Below the pieces are notes generated by a model. It saw nothing but the letters and a program-made list of their open reading frames with translations, did not search any database and was not told where the DNA came from. From the IMG/VR virus record IMGVR_UViG_3300018080_000142, positions 29,680 to 93,679 of that record: 64,000 nt of DNA, one strand, 5' to 3'. A program made the position numbers and the translations under genes. Numbering within the stretch: the stretch's first letter is position 1; every line of letters starts with the position of its first letter. Shown here in pieces: positions 47,908 through 58,800 of the stretch. The DNA comes from a virus.

Positions 47908-48735
47908 ATGAAAAAGTTAATCATCTTATTCTTAGTACTTACAGGTCTGGTCATCACATCACAGGTAAACGCACAACCGAAACGGGTTATCCCGGTAGAT
48001 GAACAGGGAAATATAATTGGTACTTCGGGTGTAGCTACAACCGGTGGTGGCGGAGCATTGACCGGAGTATCAACATACTCGAACGTTTCAGGAAACTTCG
48101 AGGTCGAGGCAATCGATTATACGAATACCATCTGGATCATGAACGCACCCTTTACGGTTGGTGCTGAAAACCTTGCTGCAGGATCCGGGAAGGTATGGGA
48201 TACATCAACCGGCGAAATAACTGATCTGGATATGACGAAAATTGGTGCGATATCGGGTGATACGGTAACTCTGCCAAATCAAACCAATTTCACTCCGGAT
48301 GACTCTGTATTTCTGTTCCTGATCGCTCCGACAAAAGGGTTTGACATCGGTCAAAATGCCAGTAGGTCTACCTTACTGAATCCAGATTATGCACATTATA
48401 CTGATATCGATCATATCGTAAACTTCACGAACCTTGACACTGACTCGGTTTACGCTGTTTTTACTATGGAAAGCTATCAGTACATCAACCTGCATATAAA
48501 TGTTTCAGGAGGTGTCACAGTACGGGTTTACGTGACTAACAATTCTGCTGCAGCTGATGATAATCACTTGTCTGACTGGCTGAACTATGGAACTGAGATA
48601 CTTGGAGCAGGAAGTATAACTGATACGGAGGTATTTGAACCATACGGTCCCTTCCAGCCATTAAAGGTGATGATAAACGTTGAAACATCTGATGCTACAA
48701 ATGCTGCCGATGTTTGGCTTAGACGATGGTACTGA
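47908..48735 (+). CDS. Exported beta-rich protein
   Basis: Signal MKKLIILFLVLTGLVITSQVNA|Q; alternative start 47899. Confidence 0.7.
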   Translation: MKKLIILFLVLTGLVITSQVNAQPKRVIPVDEQGNIIGTSGVATTGGGGALTGVSTYSNVSGNFEVEAIDYTNTIWIMNAPFTVGAENLAAGSGKVWDTSTGEITDLDMTKIGAISGDTVTLPNQTNFTPDDSVFLFLIAPTKGFDIGQNASRSTLLNPDYAHYTDIDHIVNFTNLDTDSVYAVFTMESYQYINLHINVSGGVTVRVYVTNNSAAADDNHLSDWLNYGTEILGAGSITDTEVFEPYGPFQPLKVMINVETSDATNAADVWLRRWY

Positions 48736-48757
48736 CATAATTTAAATACATAGAAAA

Positions 48758-49216
48758 ATGAAAAAGACAATAGGATTAATCATTCTGATGCTTGCCATTT
48801 CATTGATTGGTAAGTCACAATTCACCTATTTTGGTGCAACTGTCGGACAGATCATAGCTGATCTCACGAACCCTCAGAAAATCGGAGCTTTGAACAGTTA
48901 TGCCGAGGGTAAATCAATAACATATATTAAGCATGTATATCTGATCCCTACATCTCAAGGCGAGGAATTATATTCCTTATTTGACGATGTAAATATGTCA
49001 ACTGACACAACTCTTTACAATAATCAGTCTGTAACAAGCTACTCGAGAACACTGGACTCACTTGAATCCTGGTTCGCTGATGATGATATCTTAAGGGTAT
49101 GGCTTGATAGTATTCTGCACAAGAAAGTTGAATATTGTACACATCCGGATACGTTGTCCGGATTAAATGATGCTGAAAAATGGTCAAAATACCTCGAGTT
49201 ATTGCGTTCACAATAG
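48758..49216 (+). CDS. Exported protein
   Basis: Signal MKKTIGLIILMLAISLIGKS|Q. Confidence 0.65.
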   Translation: MKKTIGLIILMLAISLIGKSQFTYFGATVGQIIADLTNPQKIGALNSYAEGKSITYIKHVYLIPTSQGEELYSLFDDVNMSTDTTLYNNQSVTSYSRTLDSLESWFADDDILRVWLDSILHKKVEYCTHPDTLSGLNDAEKWSKYLELLRSQ

Positions 49217-50811
49217 GTTTGTTCTTATGCCTTGTTCTTTCAGGGCAGTCCGCTGAAAATAACAAACTTATCTTTCAGGAGACATTTGATAATGAATTCT
49301 CGGTCCGAAGGAATGGTGGTACACCATATGTAACAACGTTTGTTAATGGTGTGGCCGTAATGAACGGTTCATCATCAGGTATTCAGACAAATAAAATTTT
49401 TAAGGGGAGTGGTTCAATTAGGGCTGTTTTTAAATCATTAAATATAACATCAGGTGATTATATTGTTGATTTCAGAACAAATGGAGGTACTGGATATTTA
49501 TATTTTAATTCGACCACAACTGTTTCGGGATCTGGTGGAGGAACAATGTATGTTGATGGAGTTCAAACCAATACAGTTTCAAATAATACAAAAGAAATAA
49601 TCTATACAGGGATATCCGTGGATAATAACTCTGGCTGGATTGGGCGCTGGAATGGTGGCGGTGGATATCTTGAGGCTGAATTTGATTTACTTGAATTATA
49701 TAATTACACCCTCTCAGCAGAGGAAGTTTTTAATCTATACAGCAATAGAAGATTTCAACCTGCAAGCACTCATGAGGAACAATTAGGTTATGAGCTTGGC
49801 TTGGATCCGGGTATGTCAGATTTGTCTGAATGGACAGAAACATCAACTGCGACTACCAAGCTTGTTACTGAGGGATTGCCCCCAGGATATTCTTCGGCCA
49901 TACAGATAAATATAACTGCCGGTGGTGGTATCACTATGGCTAACCCGCCGACAATGATTGTAGGTCAGAGATATAAACACAGTCTGCTTTACAGGGTTTT
50001 TAATGCTGCATGGAGGGTAAGAGGTTACCAGGGTAAAATCACTGGTGATTTCAGTACTGACAATCTTACAAATATAACCGGCAAGTGGAGCTGGTTACAT
50101 TCATATGGTGTCGGTTCTGGTGGTGGAGGCGCAGAGGGTCTACTGCTTGATAGAACAGGTGCGGATTCGATACAGGTAGCTTACTGGGCTTTTGTACCGA
50201 TCTATGCTGACAAAACTTCGAAGATTTTTGAATTGTCAGCACAATCAAAGGTTATTGAAGATAAACTTGGAAGTTCATTAACTATTTCCAATGTAACTAT
50301 ATCAAAACAAGGTGATGCCAATACAATGCTCTTTGTTGACGGTACGGATCCACGCATAGATTGTGGTGACCTTGGTGACTTTATTGGTGATCAAACGGTG
50401 ATATGGTGGATGAAACCATTTTCTGATGGGCAATCTGATGCCGGACGAGTTATGTCCAACGGTGAATTTGACGTGAGAATGGGCAGTTCGTTCAGGATCT
50501 ACTATACAAATGATCAGACAGATTGGAGATATTCACCAACAAATGCCTGGAATTACAATACATGGATTCATTATACAATTACAAGACAAAGAGATGGAAC
50601 TACGATGTTATATCTTAACGGAGAATTACAAGCATCAACCGGTACGGACGGTGAGCCTGATGCATCGTTAACAAATATGTACATCGGTAATAACAGTGGA
50701 AACGGCGTTGACTTTGATGGCTTGTTCGGCGATGTAAAGATCTATGAAGGAATATTATCAGCTGAAGAAGTGTCTCAATCATATACATCTGAAAAACACT
50801 TGTACAAATGA
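49180..50811 (+). CDS. Exported LamG/concanavalin-like lectin-domain protein
   Basis: Signal ...LCLVLSG|Q; MYVDGV...LYNYTLSAEEV and LYLNGEL...FDGLFGDVKIYEGILSAEEV. Confidence 0.75.
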   Translation: MVKIPRVIAFTIGLFLCLVLSGQSAENNKLIFQETFDNEFSVRRNGGTPYVTTFVNGVAVMNGSSSGIQTNKIFKGSGSIRAVFKSLNITSGDYIVDFRTNGGTGYLYFNSTTTVSGSGGGTMYVDGVQTNTVSNNTKEIIYTGISVDNNSGWIGRWNGGGGYLEAEFDLLELYNYTLSAEEVFNLYSNRRFQPASTHEEQLGYELGLDPGMSDLSEWTETSTATTKLVTEGLPPGYSSAIQINITAGGGITMANPPTMIVGQRYKHSLLYRVFNAAWRVRGYQGKITGDFSTDNLTNITGKWSWLHSYGVGSGGGGAEGLLLDRTGADSIQVAYWAFVPIYADKTSKIFELSAQSKVIEDKLGSSLTISNVTISKQGDANTMLFVDGTDPRIDCGDLGDFIGDQTVIWWMKPFSDGQSDAGRVMSNGEFDVRMGSSFRIYYTNDQTDWRYSPTNAWNYNTWIHYTITRQRDGTTMLYLNGELQASTGTDGEPDASLTNMYIGNNSGNGVDFDGLFGDVKIYEGILSAEEVSQSYTSEKHLYK

Positions 50812-52760
50812 AATATTTACTGACAATATCAATACTGTTTCTTTCGTTATGCTCGAGTTCTCAGATATTTGAGACTCAGTTTGACAAGGGCAGTTACATA
50901 GATAAGCATACTCAGTCAGTTCATTCTACGGAGTCAAACAATACATTTGTCCGAAGTGAAAAAGGAATTGCTCTTTACTGTGGGAAAACAGGTTATATAT
51001 CATATAATAACACTACCGATGTTTTTGACAAGCTAGATGATGTAATGACTCTCGGATCTGCTTTCAGCGGCGAGGTTTGGTTTAAGATTGATGAAGAAGA
51101 TGTTGTTCAGCACATAATTGGATTTACCAACAGAGGTGGTGACAGGTATGTATTGGGGATTCACTCCAATGACAATCTAAGATTTTCTGAGCTTGGCGGG
51201 GATGCGGTATCAGGTTTTTCTTTGAAAGGTGATACATGGTATCATATAGTTTTTGCACAGTCTGCCAGTAATGTTCTCAGTCTTTACCTTAATAATGTTG
51301 AGCTTACTGATAACAATGCAAATACCCTTCACTATGCAAATGAGTTCCTGTCAATATGCTCCGGCACATCCGGCGGATCTCCCTTGCAGGGAATTATTGC
51401 GAAAGTTGCTATCTATGATTATGTTCTCACCTCAACAGATCGAAGCAGACTATACGAATCGTTTGTAGGCGCACAATTGCCAGCTGCAGAAAAGTATCCC
51501 AGGTATGGTAATTGGAGTAAACCGACTTTAATAAATGAAGATGGCCTGGTAGCTGCATATAATATGATTCCCAGTCCTGATGGATATTTGGTAGATATTT
51601 CAGGCAATGGACACACTAATGCAATCGCCTTTACCGGATCCGGAATCTCGGGGAATCAAAGTGGAATGTATTTCGTAAATGGAACCGGACTTGCGCTTCA
51701 GGGAATAAATTTTGGGGCGAATTGGGTGGATGATATTGATACGATCTATACAATTTGTATCAGAGCCAAGACAACTGAAGATGATGTTATTATCGGTGAT
51801 GGGTCAAGTTCTGATTATGTATATCCGGCAAGTGTTTCTTCAATGCGACATCGTTATGGTGGTGGCACGTTAGTAACTTATACGCTGCCTGTAAATACAA
51901 TTAATTTCAGCGAATTTTTCGATGTTGTTATTTCTCGAAATGGTACGACAAGTTACGCATGGGTTAACGGTATAGCTGCAACAGATAATCCGAAAATAAC
52001 TGCAGGAAGTGAATCATTTGTATTTAGCTGGATAGGCGGATATGGTGGACTTCCCTTGATTGGAGTGATAGATGATATAAAAATCTATGATTATCCATTT
52101 ACAGAACAGCAAGCAATTAATTATCACAACGAGTTTGCCAAACGTCCAGTACTTGTAGAGACTTTCGAGTATGATCCCGTTGGTGACAATGTTCCGCAGG
52201 GATGGCAGGAAGGGACAGGAACTTATATAATAAAAGAACTGACTTCAGATGATGCTGTACTTTCTGATCTAACGACAGGTACAAAATACCTTGAATGCAC
52301 TTCTGCTGGAACAATAGGATTTCCGATACAAAGGACAGTTTACGGAACAGTTGAATTCTATTGGAACAAATCAGAGGATGGACTTCCTTTGACTCATTTC
52401 TACAATACCAGAGTTGATGGATCTGGTGATGGAATCTTATTTCGTGCAAATAATAGTGAAATACTCGGCCTTTACTATGTTGATGATGGATCATTAACTG
52501 CAAAATTCTACTCCGGTTCTTTTTATGCAGATACCGAAACATGGCATAAAATCAAAATAACCAGTACGGCAGATGGAGAAAGATATGCTTACATAAAAGG
52601 CGGCTCCTTTGGTAATAGTTATGTCTTGATGGATGATAGCGGTAGTGGATCAAATCCTTTTACTGACAACACAAATGCAACAGGAGGGTATTTTGTGCTT
52701 GATTACGATATAGGTGATAAAATTGGTCCGATAGTAACAACTGAAGGTGTAAAACAATAA
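50808..52760 (+). CDS. Exported multi-LamG lectin-domain protein
   Basis: Signal ...LSLCSSS|Q; WYHIVF...LYLNN...VAIYDYVLT, DISGNG, IDDIKIYD. Confidence 0.75.
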   Translation: MKYLLTISILFLSLCSSSQIFETQFDKGSYIDKHTQSVHSTESNNTFVRSEKGIALYCGKTGYISYNNTTDVFDKLDDVMTLGSAFSGEVWFKIDEEDVVQHIIGFTNRGGDRYVLGIHSNDNLRFSELGGDAVSGFSLKGDTWYHIVFAQSASNVLSLYLNNVELTDNNANTLHYANEFLSICSGTSGGSPLQGIIAKVAIYDYVLTSTDRSRLYESFVGAQLPAAEKYPRYGNWSKPTLINEDGLVAAYNMIPSPDGYLVDISGNGHTNAIAFTGSGISGNQSGMYFVNGTGLALQGINFGANWVDDIDTIYTICIRAKTTEDDVIIGDGSSSDYVYPASVSSMRHRYGGGTLVTYTLPVNTINFSEFFDVVISRNGTTSYAWVNGIAATDNPKITAGSESFVFSWIGGYGGLPLIGVIDDIKIYDYPFTEQQAINYHNEFAKRPVLVETFEYDPVGDNVPQGWQEGTGTYIIKELTSDDAVLSDLTTGTKYLECTSAGTIGFPIQRTVYGTVEFYWNKSEDGLPLTHFYNTRVDGSGDGILFRANNSEILGLYYVDDGSLTAKFYSGSFYADTETWHKIKITSTADGERYAYIKGGSFGNSYVLMDDSGSGSNPFTDNTNATGGYFVLDYDIGDKIGPIVTTEGVKQ

Positions 52761-52763
52761 ATC

Positions 52764-53039
52764 ATGGAAAAACCATTTTTCGGATCCACGCTGATCCAGT
52801 CATACATAGAGTTTGATACCGAACGTGGGTTTATGCGGTTTGGTGTTGAGAATGAAAGGTTCTACATCGAAATCGATGAAGTAAGGACATTTCTTACCGA
52901 TGGTGGTGCAAATTGGGTTATAAGCAAGGGAGATATATTCTACAGGTTTAATATAGAAGAATCTACCGGTGATTTTCTTGTTGAACAATACGTAAGTGGA
53001 TCCTGGGTAGAAGCATTCAGGGTTGGTAATCAAGCATAA
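52764..53039 (+). CDS. Hypothetical protein without signal peptide
   Basis: 91 aa; ends EQYVSGSWVEAF. Confidence 0.55.
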   Translation: MEKPFFGSTLIQSYIEFDTERGFMRFGVENERFYIEIDEVRTFLTDGGANWVISKGDIFYRFNIEESTGDFLVEQYVSGSWVEAFRVGNQA

Positions 53040-53043
53040 AGCC

Positions 53044-55890
53044 ATGAAAAAAATTATCGTAATAACAATTCTACTGGTAACAGCATTAACTGTCAAGGCG
53101 CAGTTCTGGGCTGCAACCGGTTTCGGAGGAATGAACCGAACAAGTCCGACAGCACTTTTTGTTGATTCCATAGGAAGGGCAGGTGCTGATACCGTTATAT
53201 ATATAGGTGGGAAAGCTGTATTCCGGTCAACTGTTGGTGGTGGCGCACACGGATCCACTCACGTATCAGGTCAGTCAGACCCCGTCCCAGTATTTACTTC
53301 TACCGTGACAGGGCTTGTACCCTCAAGTGGTGGAGGATCTGTAAACTATCTTAGAGCTGATGGTACGTGGGATGCACCCCCTGGTGGTGCAAGTGCCTTT
53401 CTTGATCTGACAGATGTACCTGCTTCATATGCAGGTGCAGCGGGTTACATGACGATGGTGAACGGGACTCCGGATGGCCTTGTATTCACAGATCCATCTG
53501 GTTATGACCTTTCTAACTTCAATGATAATCTCAGTTATGAAAATCCGTTAACTTTCAGCAATGGTCTGACCAGGACAGTAGATGCAATAGCTTGGGGTGG
53601 ATCCTTGTCGAGTGCTACAACAATAACGGGTGACCAGGCGAACACATGGAAACTTAGAGGGGCGCAGTCATCAACAATGTCCTCACAGATATTTCTAAAT
53701 ACAAATGCAGGTCTAGGGTTTGAATCTTATACAGGTGACACATACTCAGGAACTACCTTCTCAGAGTTCCTTATGGAAGAAGATAGTATTATATTACAGG
53801 CATCTACGGCAAATCTAACCAGAGGACTTGCAATCGGAGTGTGGACAGACATGACCATATTTGATAATGCAAATTCAACAGGTCTTGTTTATGCTCTTGA
53901 TTACAGTTCCCTCGGGACAGGAGATCCAAGATGGCTTCCTGATTGGGAGGCGGTGTCAAATCATATTGCAGGAGTTGACGTATATACAGGCACAGGTGGT
54001 CCTAAAAGTCCAAGCGCACCACAGGACGGTTATGTTATTGCCTGGGATAATCCGAATAATAGATACGATCTTGTGGCTGATCAAACAGGAGCAACTGTTT
54101 TTACGGACCTGACAGATGTACCTTCTTCTTATGCAGGTTCAGCTGATTACTTCCTTATGGTGAATTCCACGCCTAACGCAGTCATATTTGCGGATCCATC
54201 AAGTTATAATCTGAGCAACTTCAATGATAACCTGTCAGGGAATAAGCATCTGGACCATTCAACGGTATCGATATCTACACAGTATAGTTTGACGGGTGGT
54301 GGTGATATATCATCTACAAGGACACTTAATCTGGTGAATGATGCTGCGAGCCCTGGAAATAATAAACTATATGGCACAGATGGGGGAGGTGTAAAAGGTT
54401 GGTTTGATATTCCTGCAGGTCTGGGTACTCATGATATCCTGAGCGCTGATCATGGAGATGCCGAAACTCATACTGTACTCAGAGGTGATCTTATGACCGG
54501 GCAGACAGCTACACCGGAATGGAGAGCTTTGCCGATATCAGCTACAACCACTCACTTGCTGAGAACAGATGGAACGGATATCTATTGGGGAGCATTTAAC
54601 TTCGCTGACCTGGGGACGACACCAACTACTTTCTCCGGTTACGGGTTATCAGATACCGAAGCAAATTTTGATAATGCTATCAGCGATGGTAATGTAGCCT
54701 GGGACGGTGGCAATCATCATGATCTTTTCGGTGATTTTGTCGCAGACGAGCATGTGGATCACACATCTGTTTCAATAGCAACCGCTGCCACGTCCGGATT
54801 GTCCGGAGGCGGTGATCTGACAGCTACCAGGAACTTGGCACTTGATTTCACTGCACTGACCGGAGTTACAACACTTGCCGATAATGACACGCTTTCGGCC
54901 TTCATTACCGGGACCGGTCAAAGGGCAATACCATACTCGAGCTTCCTGACTGAACTGGAAACGGATCTCAGCCTCGAAGATCCACTTACCTTTGATAATG
55001 GATTGACTAGGACGGTAAATGAAGTAGATCTCGGTGGAACGCTTTCCGAATCATTCGCAATTGAAGGTGTTTATACGAACCGATGGGAATTTAAGAATTA
55101 CAGAGGATCGCCATCCGCTTCCGGTAGGATCTATGGTGATGTAGATGGAGGGATTAGTATGGTTGGTTATGACGGAGCTACTTATAATGGTGATTCATCA
55201 ACGGTGAAAGTTGATCAGACCGGTGCTTATTTCCAATCGTGGGCTTCTGGAACAATAATTAAAGAGCTTGCTATCCATCCGGATTATATCAGGTTTACAG
55301 ATAACCAGGATACGAAAGGTGCTATTTACGGTGCTGATTATTCCCTTCTCGGCCGTAAGGACGATCGCTGGATTCCAGACTGGGAGGCCGCAGGCGATAC
55401 CGCAGGGAATCAGCTTGGAGGCCAGGGAGTAGATGCAACAATAACAAGCCCTGGGGCAGCTCAGGACGGTGATGTAATAACATGGAACCAAACGAACAGT
55501 GAGTATGAGATGACTGATGTTGTCGATCCTGGTGAAGCTTCAGGGATAGTATATTGCGACATTGATACGATCTTGTATACCAATACATCGCAGACAACTA
55601 CCGTGACACTACCGACAGGATCCGTTATCCATGAAATCGATGTATATGTAGCTACCGCATTTACAGGTACGGGAACGGATCTGATTGATATCGGTATATC
55701 AACGTCAGGCAACAGGTATGAGGATGATCTCGATGTTTCCACAGGCACGGGTAGCTTTGCCACATTGACCTTGACAAATGTAAAAGATCGGATGGCAACA
55801 TCGACAAGCGTTGTATTTCAATATTTTGACCAGAACTCTGACGCAGGAGCTGGTGAGGCTTATGTTTATGTACAATACTCAAGACCATAA
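53044..55890 (+). CDS. Exported tail-fibre-like protein with internal duplicated modules
   Basis: Signal MKKIIVITILLVTALTVKA|Q; fibre motifs YLRADGTWDAP, LTDVPxSY x2, GGGD(I/L)xxxRxL x2, PLTFxNGLTR x2. Confidence 0.75.
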   Translation: MKKIIVITILLVTALTVKAQFWAATGFGGMNRTSPTALFVDSIGRAGADTVIYIGGKAVFRSTVGGGAHGSTHVSGQSDPVPVFTSTVTGLVPSSGGGSVNYLRADGTWDAPPGGASAFLDLTDVPASYAGAAGYMTMVNGTPDGLVFTDPSGYDLSNFNDNLSYENPLTFSNGLTRTVDAIAWGGSLSSATTITGDQANTWKLRGAQSSTMSSQIFLNTNAGLGFESYTGDTYSGTTFSEFLMEEDSIILQASTANLTRGLAIGVWTDMTIFDNANSTGLVYALDYSSLGTGDPRWLPDWEAVSNHIAGVDVYTGTGGPKSPSAPQDGYVIAWDNPNNRYDLVADQTGATVFTDLTDVPSSYAGSADYFLMVNSTPNAVIFADPSSYNLSNFNDNLSGNKHLDHSTVSISTQYSLTGGGDISSTRTLNLVNDAASPGNNKLYGTDGGGVKGWFDIPAGLGTHDILSADHGDAETHTVLRGDLMTGQTATPEWRALPISATTTHLLRTDGTDIYWGAFNFADLGTTPTTFSGYGLSDTEANFDNAISDGNVAWDGGNHHDLFGDFVADEHVDHTSVSIATAATSGLSGGGDLTATRNLALDFTALTGVTTLADNDTLSAFITGTGQRAIPYSSFLTELETDLSLEDPLTFDNGLTRTVNEVDLGGTLSESFAIEGVYTNRWEFKNYRGSPSASGRIYGDVDGGISMVGYDGATYNGDSSTVKVDQTGAYFQSWASGTIIKELAIHPDYIRFTDNQDTKGAIYGADYSLLGRKDDRWIPDWEAAGDTAGNQLGGQGVDATITSPGAAQDGDVITWNQTNSEYEMTDVVDPGEASGIVYCDIDTILYTNTSQTTTVTLPTGSVIHEIDVYVATAFTGTGTDLIDIGISTSGNRYEDDLDVSTGTGSFATLTLTNVKDRMATSTSVVFQYFDQNSDAGAGEAYVYVQYSRP

Positions 55891-58800
55891 TGAACGGTAG
55901 GAAATTAATATTAACATTATCTGCCATATTCATTCTTGGTAGCTTATTTTCGCAAAGATATGCTGTCAAGGATTCTCAAGGAAGGATTCTTCGTGGTCCA
56001 TCAGGCTTTATCTTAGCAGATACCTCTGCCATAGGTATTGGTGAAGGTCCGCCAATTTTGCTCTCAGCAGAAATAGGTTTATTGGATGATTCCATTATAG
56101 TTGCATTGTTCAATGAATTACTCGATGAGACTTCAGTTCCACCAGCATCAGCTTTTTATGTAACAGAAGAAACTGGTGGTTCGCCAACAATCGTTGGAGA
56201 TGACTTTTCAACATCATACAATCCCTTACATAATGATCCTGATTGGAATCAAAGCAGCGGTAGTGGAACTTTTGCATCTACAAGTGGCTATGCATATTGT
56301 ATTACCAGCAATGGAGATAATTACGTATATCACTCAGGTACTTTTGATGATGATCAATATGCATGGGTAATATTGAATGATGTTACTAACTATTTTGGAC
56401 CGGCGGTAAGAGCCGATGCTGACTCAGCAATACTATTTTACGCAAACGCAGCCGGCTGGTATGTTGGAAGGGTGATGAGCGGTAGTTGGGAAACTATAGG
56501 TAGTGGAAGCAGATCATTTAGTGATGATGATACTTTATATACTGCAGCAAGTAATGATTCAATTAGGTGTATACATAACAGTACGCAAATCTTTTATGAT
56601 GAAATGGGCTCATATTATGTTGGTAATGGATCACCGGCAATGGGATCTTATCTTGCAGTTGATGGTGCAAAGGAATTTGAAGGTGGTGAACTGGGTGCAT
56701 CCGGTTCAATATCTGAAATAGGGACCAATGCTATCAGCATTAATGATGACAGTTTATTTGTAGCACTTGATTCAACCGCAGAAATTGGGGCCAATTATCT
56801 CATTGATTTTACAAATACATCAAATCCGAAACTTAAAGATCTTGCAGGTTATGAAGTAGCTGATTTCGTTGATACCATTGTAGCAAATAATATCGGAATA
56901 TCTCCCCCGCCTGATACTGCATATCAGTTTGATATCTCTGGTCAATTAAGAGATTCTATAGATGCAACACAGATTCTTGGTTTTGACCCGACAACAACAG
57001 CTGTCATGCTACGCGGATCATATACGACCTTTCCAACAACCACTTCGGAAGGCACTTTGATACATCTCGGAGATACATCATCTGTAAAAGCCAAGCATAA
57101 ATTCAGTGCAGCGGATGATAATTCTTTAGCCTATCTATCCATGTTCGTGTCAAATGGTACTTACAACACAGAATACAACAGGGATACAACATTTGTCGAT
57201 AGTGTAGGACAACAGGAAATGATTCCGGAAGGTGACTGGTGGGTGGATTCCGAGGATGGTAGTAACAGCAATGATGGTACTACACCTGCAACTTCGGTCA
57301 GGGATCTACAAAAAGTATTTTCACTGAACATACAACCAAATGATACTGTTCGTATAAAACGTGGAAGTGTAGTTTCAGGTCAGATAACTCTTGCAGATGC
57401 AGGACTATTCATTGATGGTGAAGAATGGGGATTGCCAGCCGATCCAAAAGCAATATGGATAGGTGGCGATACTATGTCAGGCACATGGAATGAATCGCAT
57501 GCTGATATTTGGGGAATACCATTTGATGATGCAACCAGGGCAATGTCATTCGTGGTTGATGGAATAAGTAAGCCTGTCGCAACAGGTCCGTGGCGCGATA
57601 TTACAGGTGGTGCTTCCACAACGCAGTTTCAAGATAATACCATAGGTGAGTCTAGTGGCTACTGGGATGGAGCCTGGGTGCAGTCTCAGATGAGTTCAGA
57701 ATGGGCGTTTCAATCAAGAGAAGTAACTGACCAGACAACAATAACAATCACGACAGGTACAGTTGCTTATGGATATTCAGCCTCGAGACAATATAGATTC
57801 ATGCATCACAATGACACAAATGTAATGTATGGTAATAAAGGTCTTGCTCATTTCAATGATTCAGTATTTATGTACTCACTATCAAATCCCTCGAGTAGAG
57901 TTGTAATTGCATCACAAGATGACCACGCTATTATTATGAATAGTATGAATGGTACTGTTGTTCAGGGAATAGATTTTCTTGGTTTCATTGAAGAAGTGTT
58001 TGACATAAATACGTCTGACAATGTGAAGATCCTTAACTGCGGTGGTGGTGGTGCAAGAATGTTTTTCAATGCTTATCAAAGTGATAATCTTGAGGTGGAT
58101 GGAGGAAATGATACAGCAGAATTCAGAAATATGTATGAAGATGCATTCATATACGATGGTTCTGATGGTGGTCTGATTGAGAATATGATATTCAGTAATG
58201 TGGGATATCCTTACGGTTTTGTCGGTATGACTACTGACTTAAGTGAGCATGGTGGTGCACAGTTCGATAACCAAATCGATGGTGTGACACTTCAATATTG
58301 TACATTTGATTCTGTAGCTGGAAGGGCGATGAATACTGATGAACAAAATGATCAGCAAAAAAATATAAGATGGTACAAAAACTATGTTCATATTGCCTGT
58401 CAATTAACCAGTGATTGCGGTTGTATTTATGCAGTCTATGACAAGGATAATTCACCGTCAACAAGAAATGAAATCATAGGTAATATCATCGTTAATGACG
58501 GTACTGACAATGGAATATATCTGGATAATGGAACGGATTATTGGTTGCTGGATAGTAATTTCGCATATAATCTTAAAATACCATTCTACGTACACACATA
58601 TGATAATACTAACGATATAATTTTGAGAAGAAACTCAGGAATAAGAAATCTTCAAACAACGAACTCGGAAAACTATGTTATGTTGATAGGAACATACATT
58701 GGTTCAGGCCATGTTGGAGATAGTATCGAAGTCAAGCAAAATGAGCTTGTATCGACATATCTAGGATCACCCGGTTTAAGAAGTTTTGCATTAACAATAA

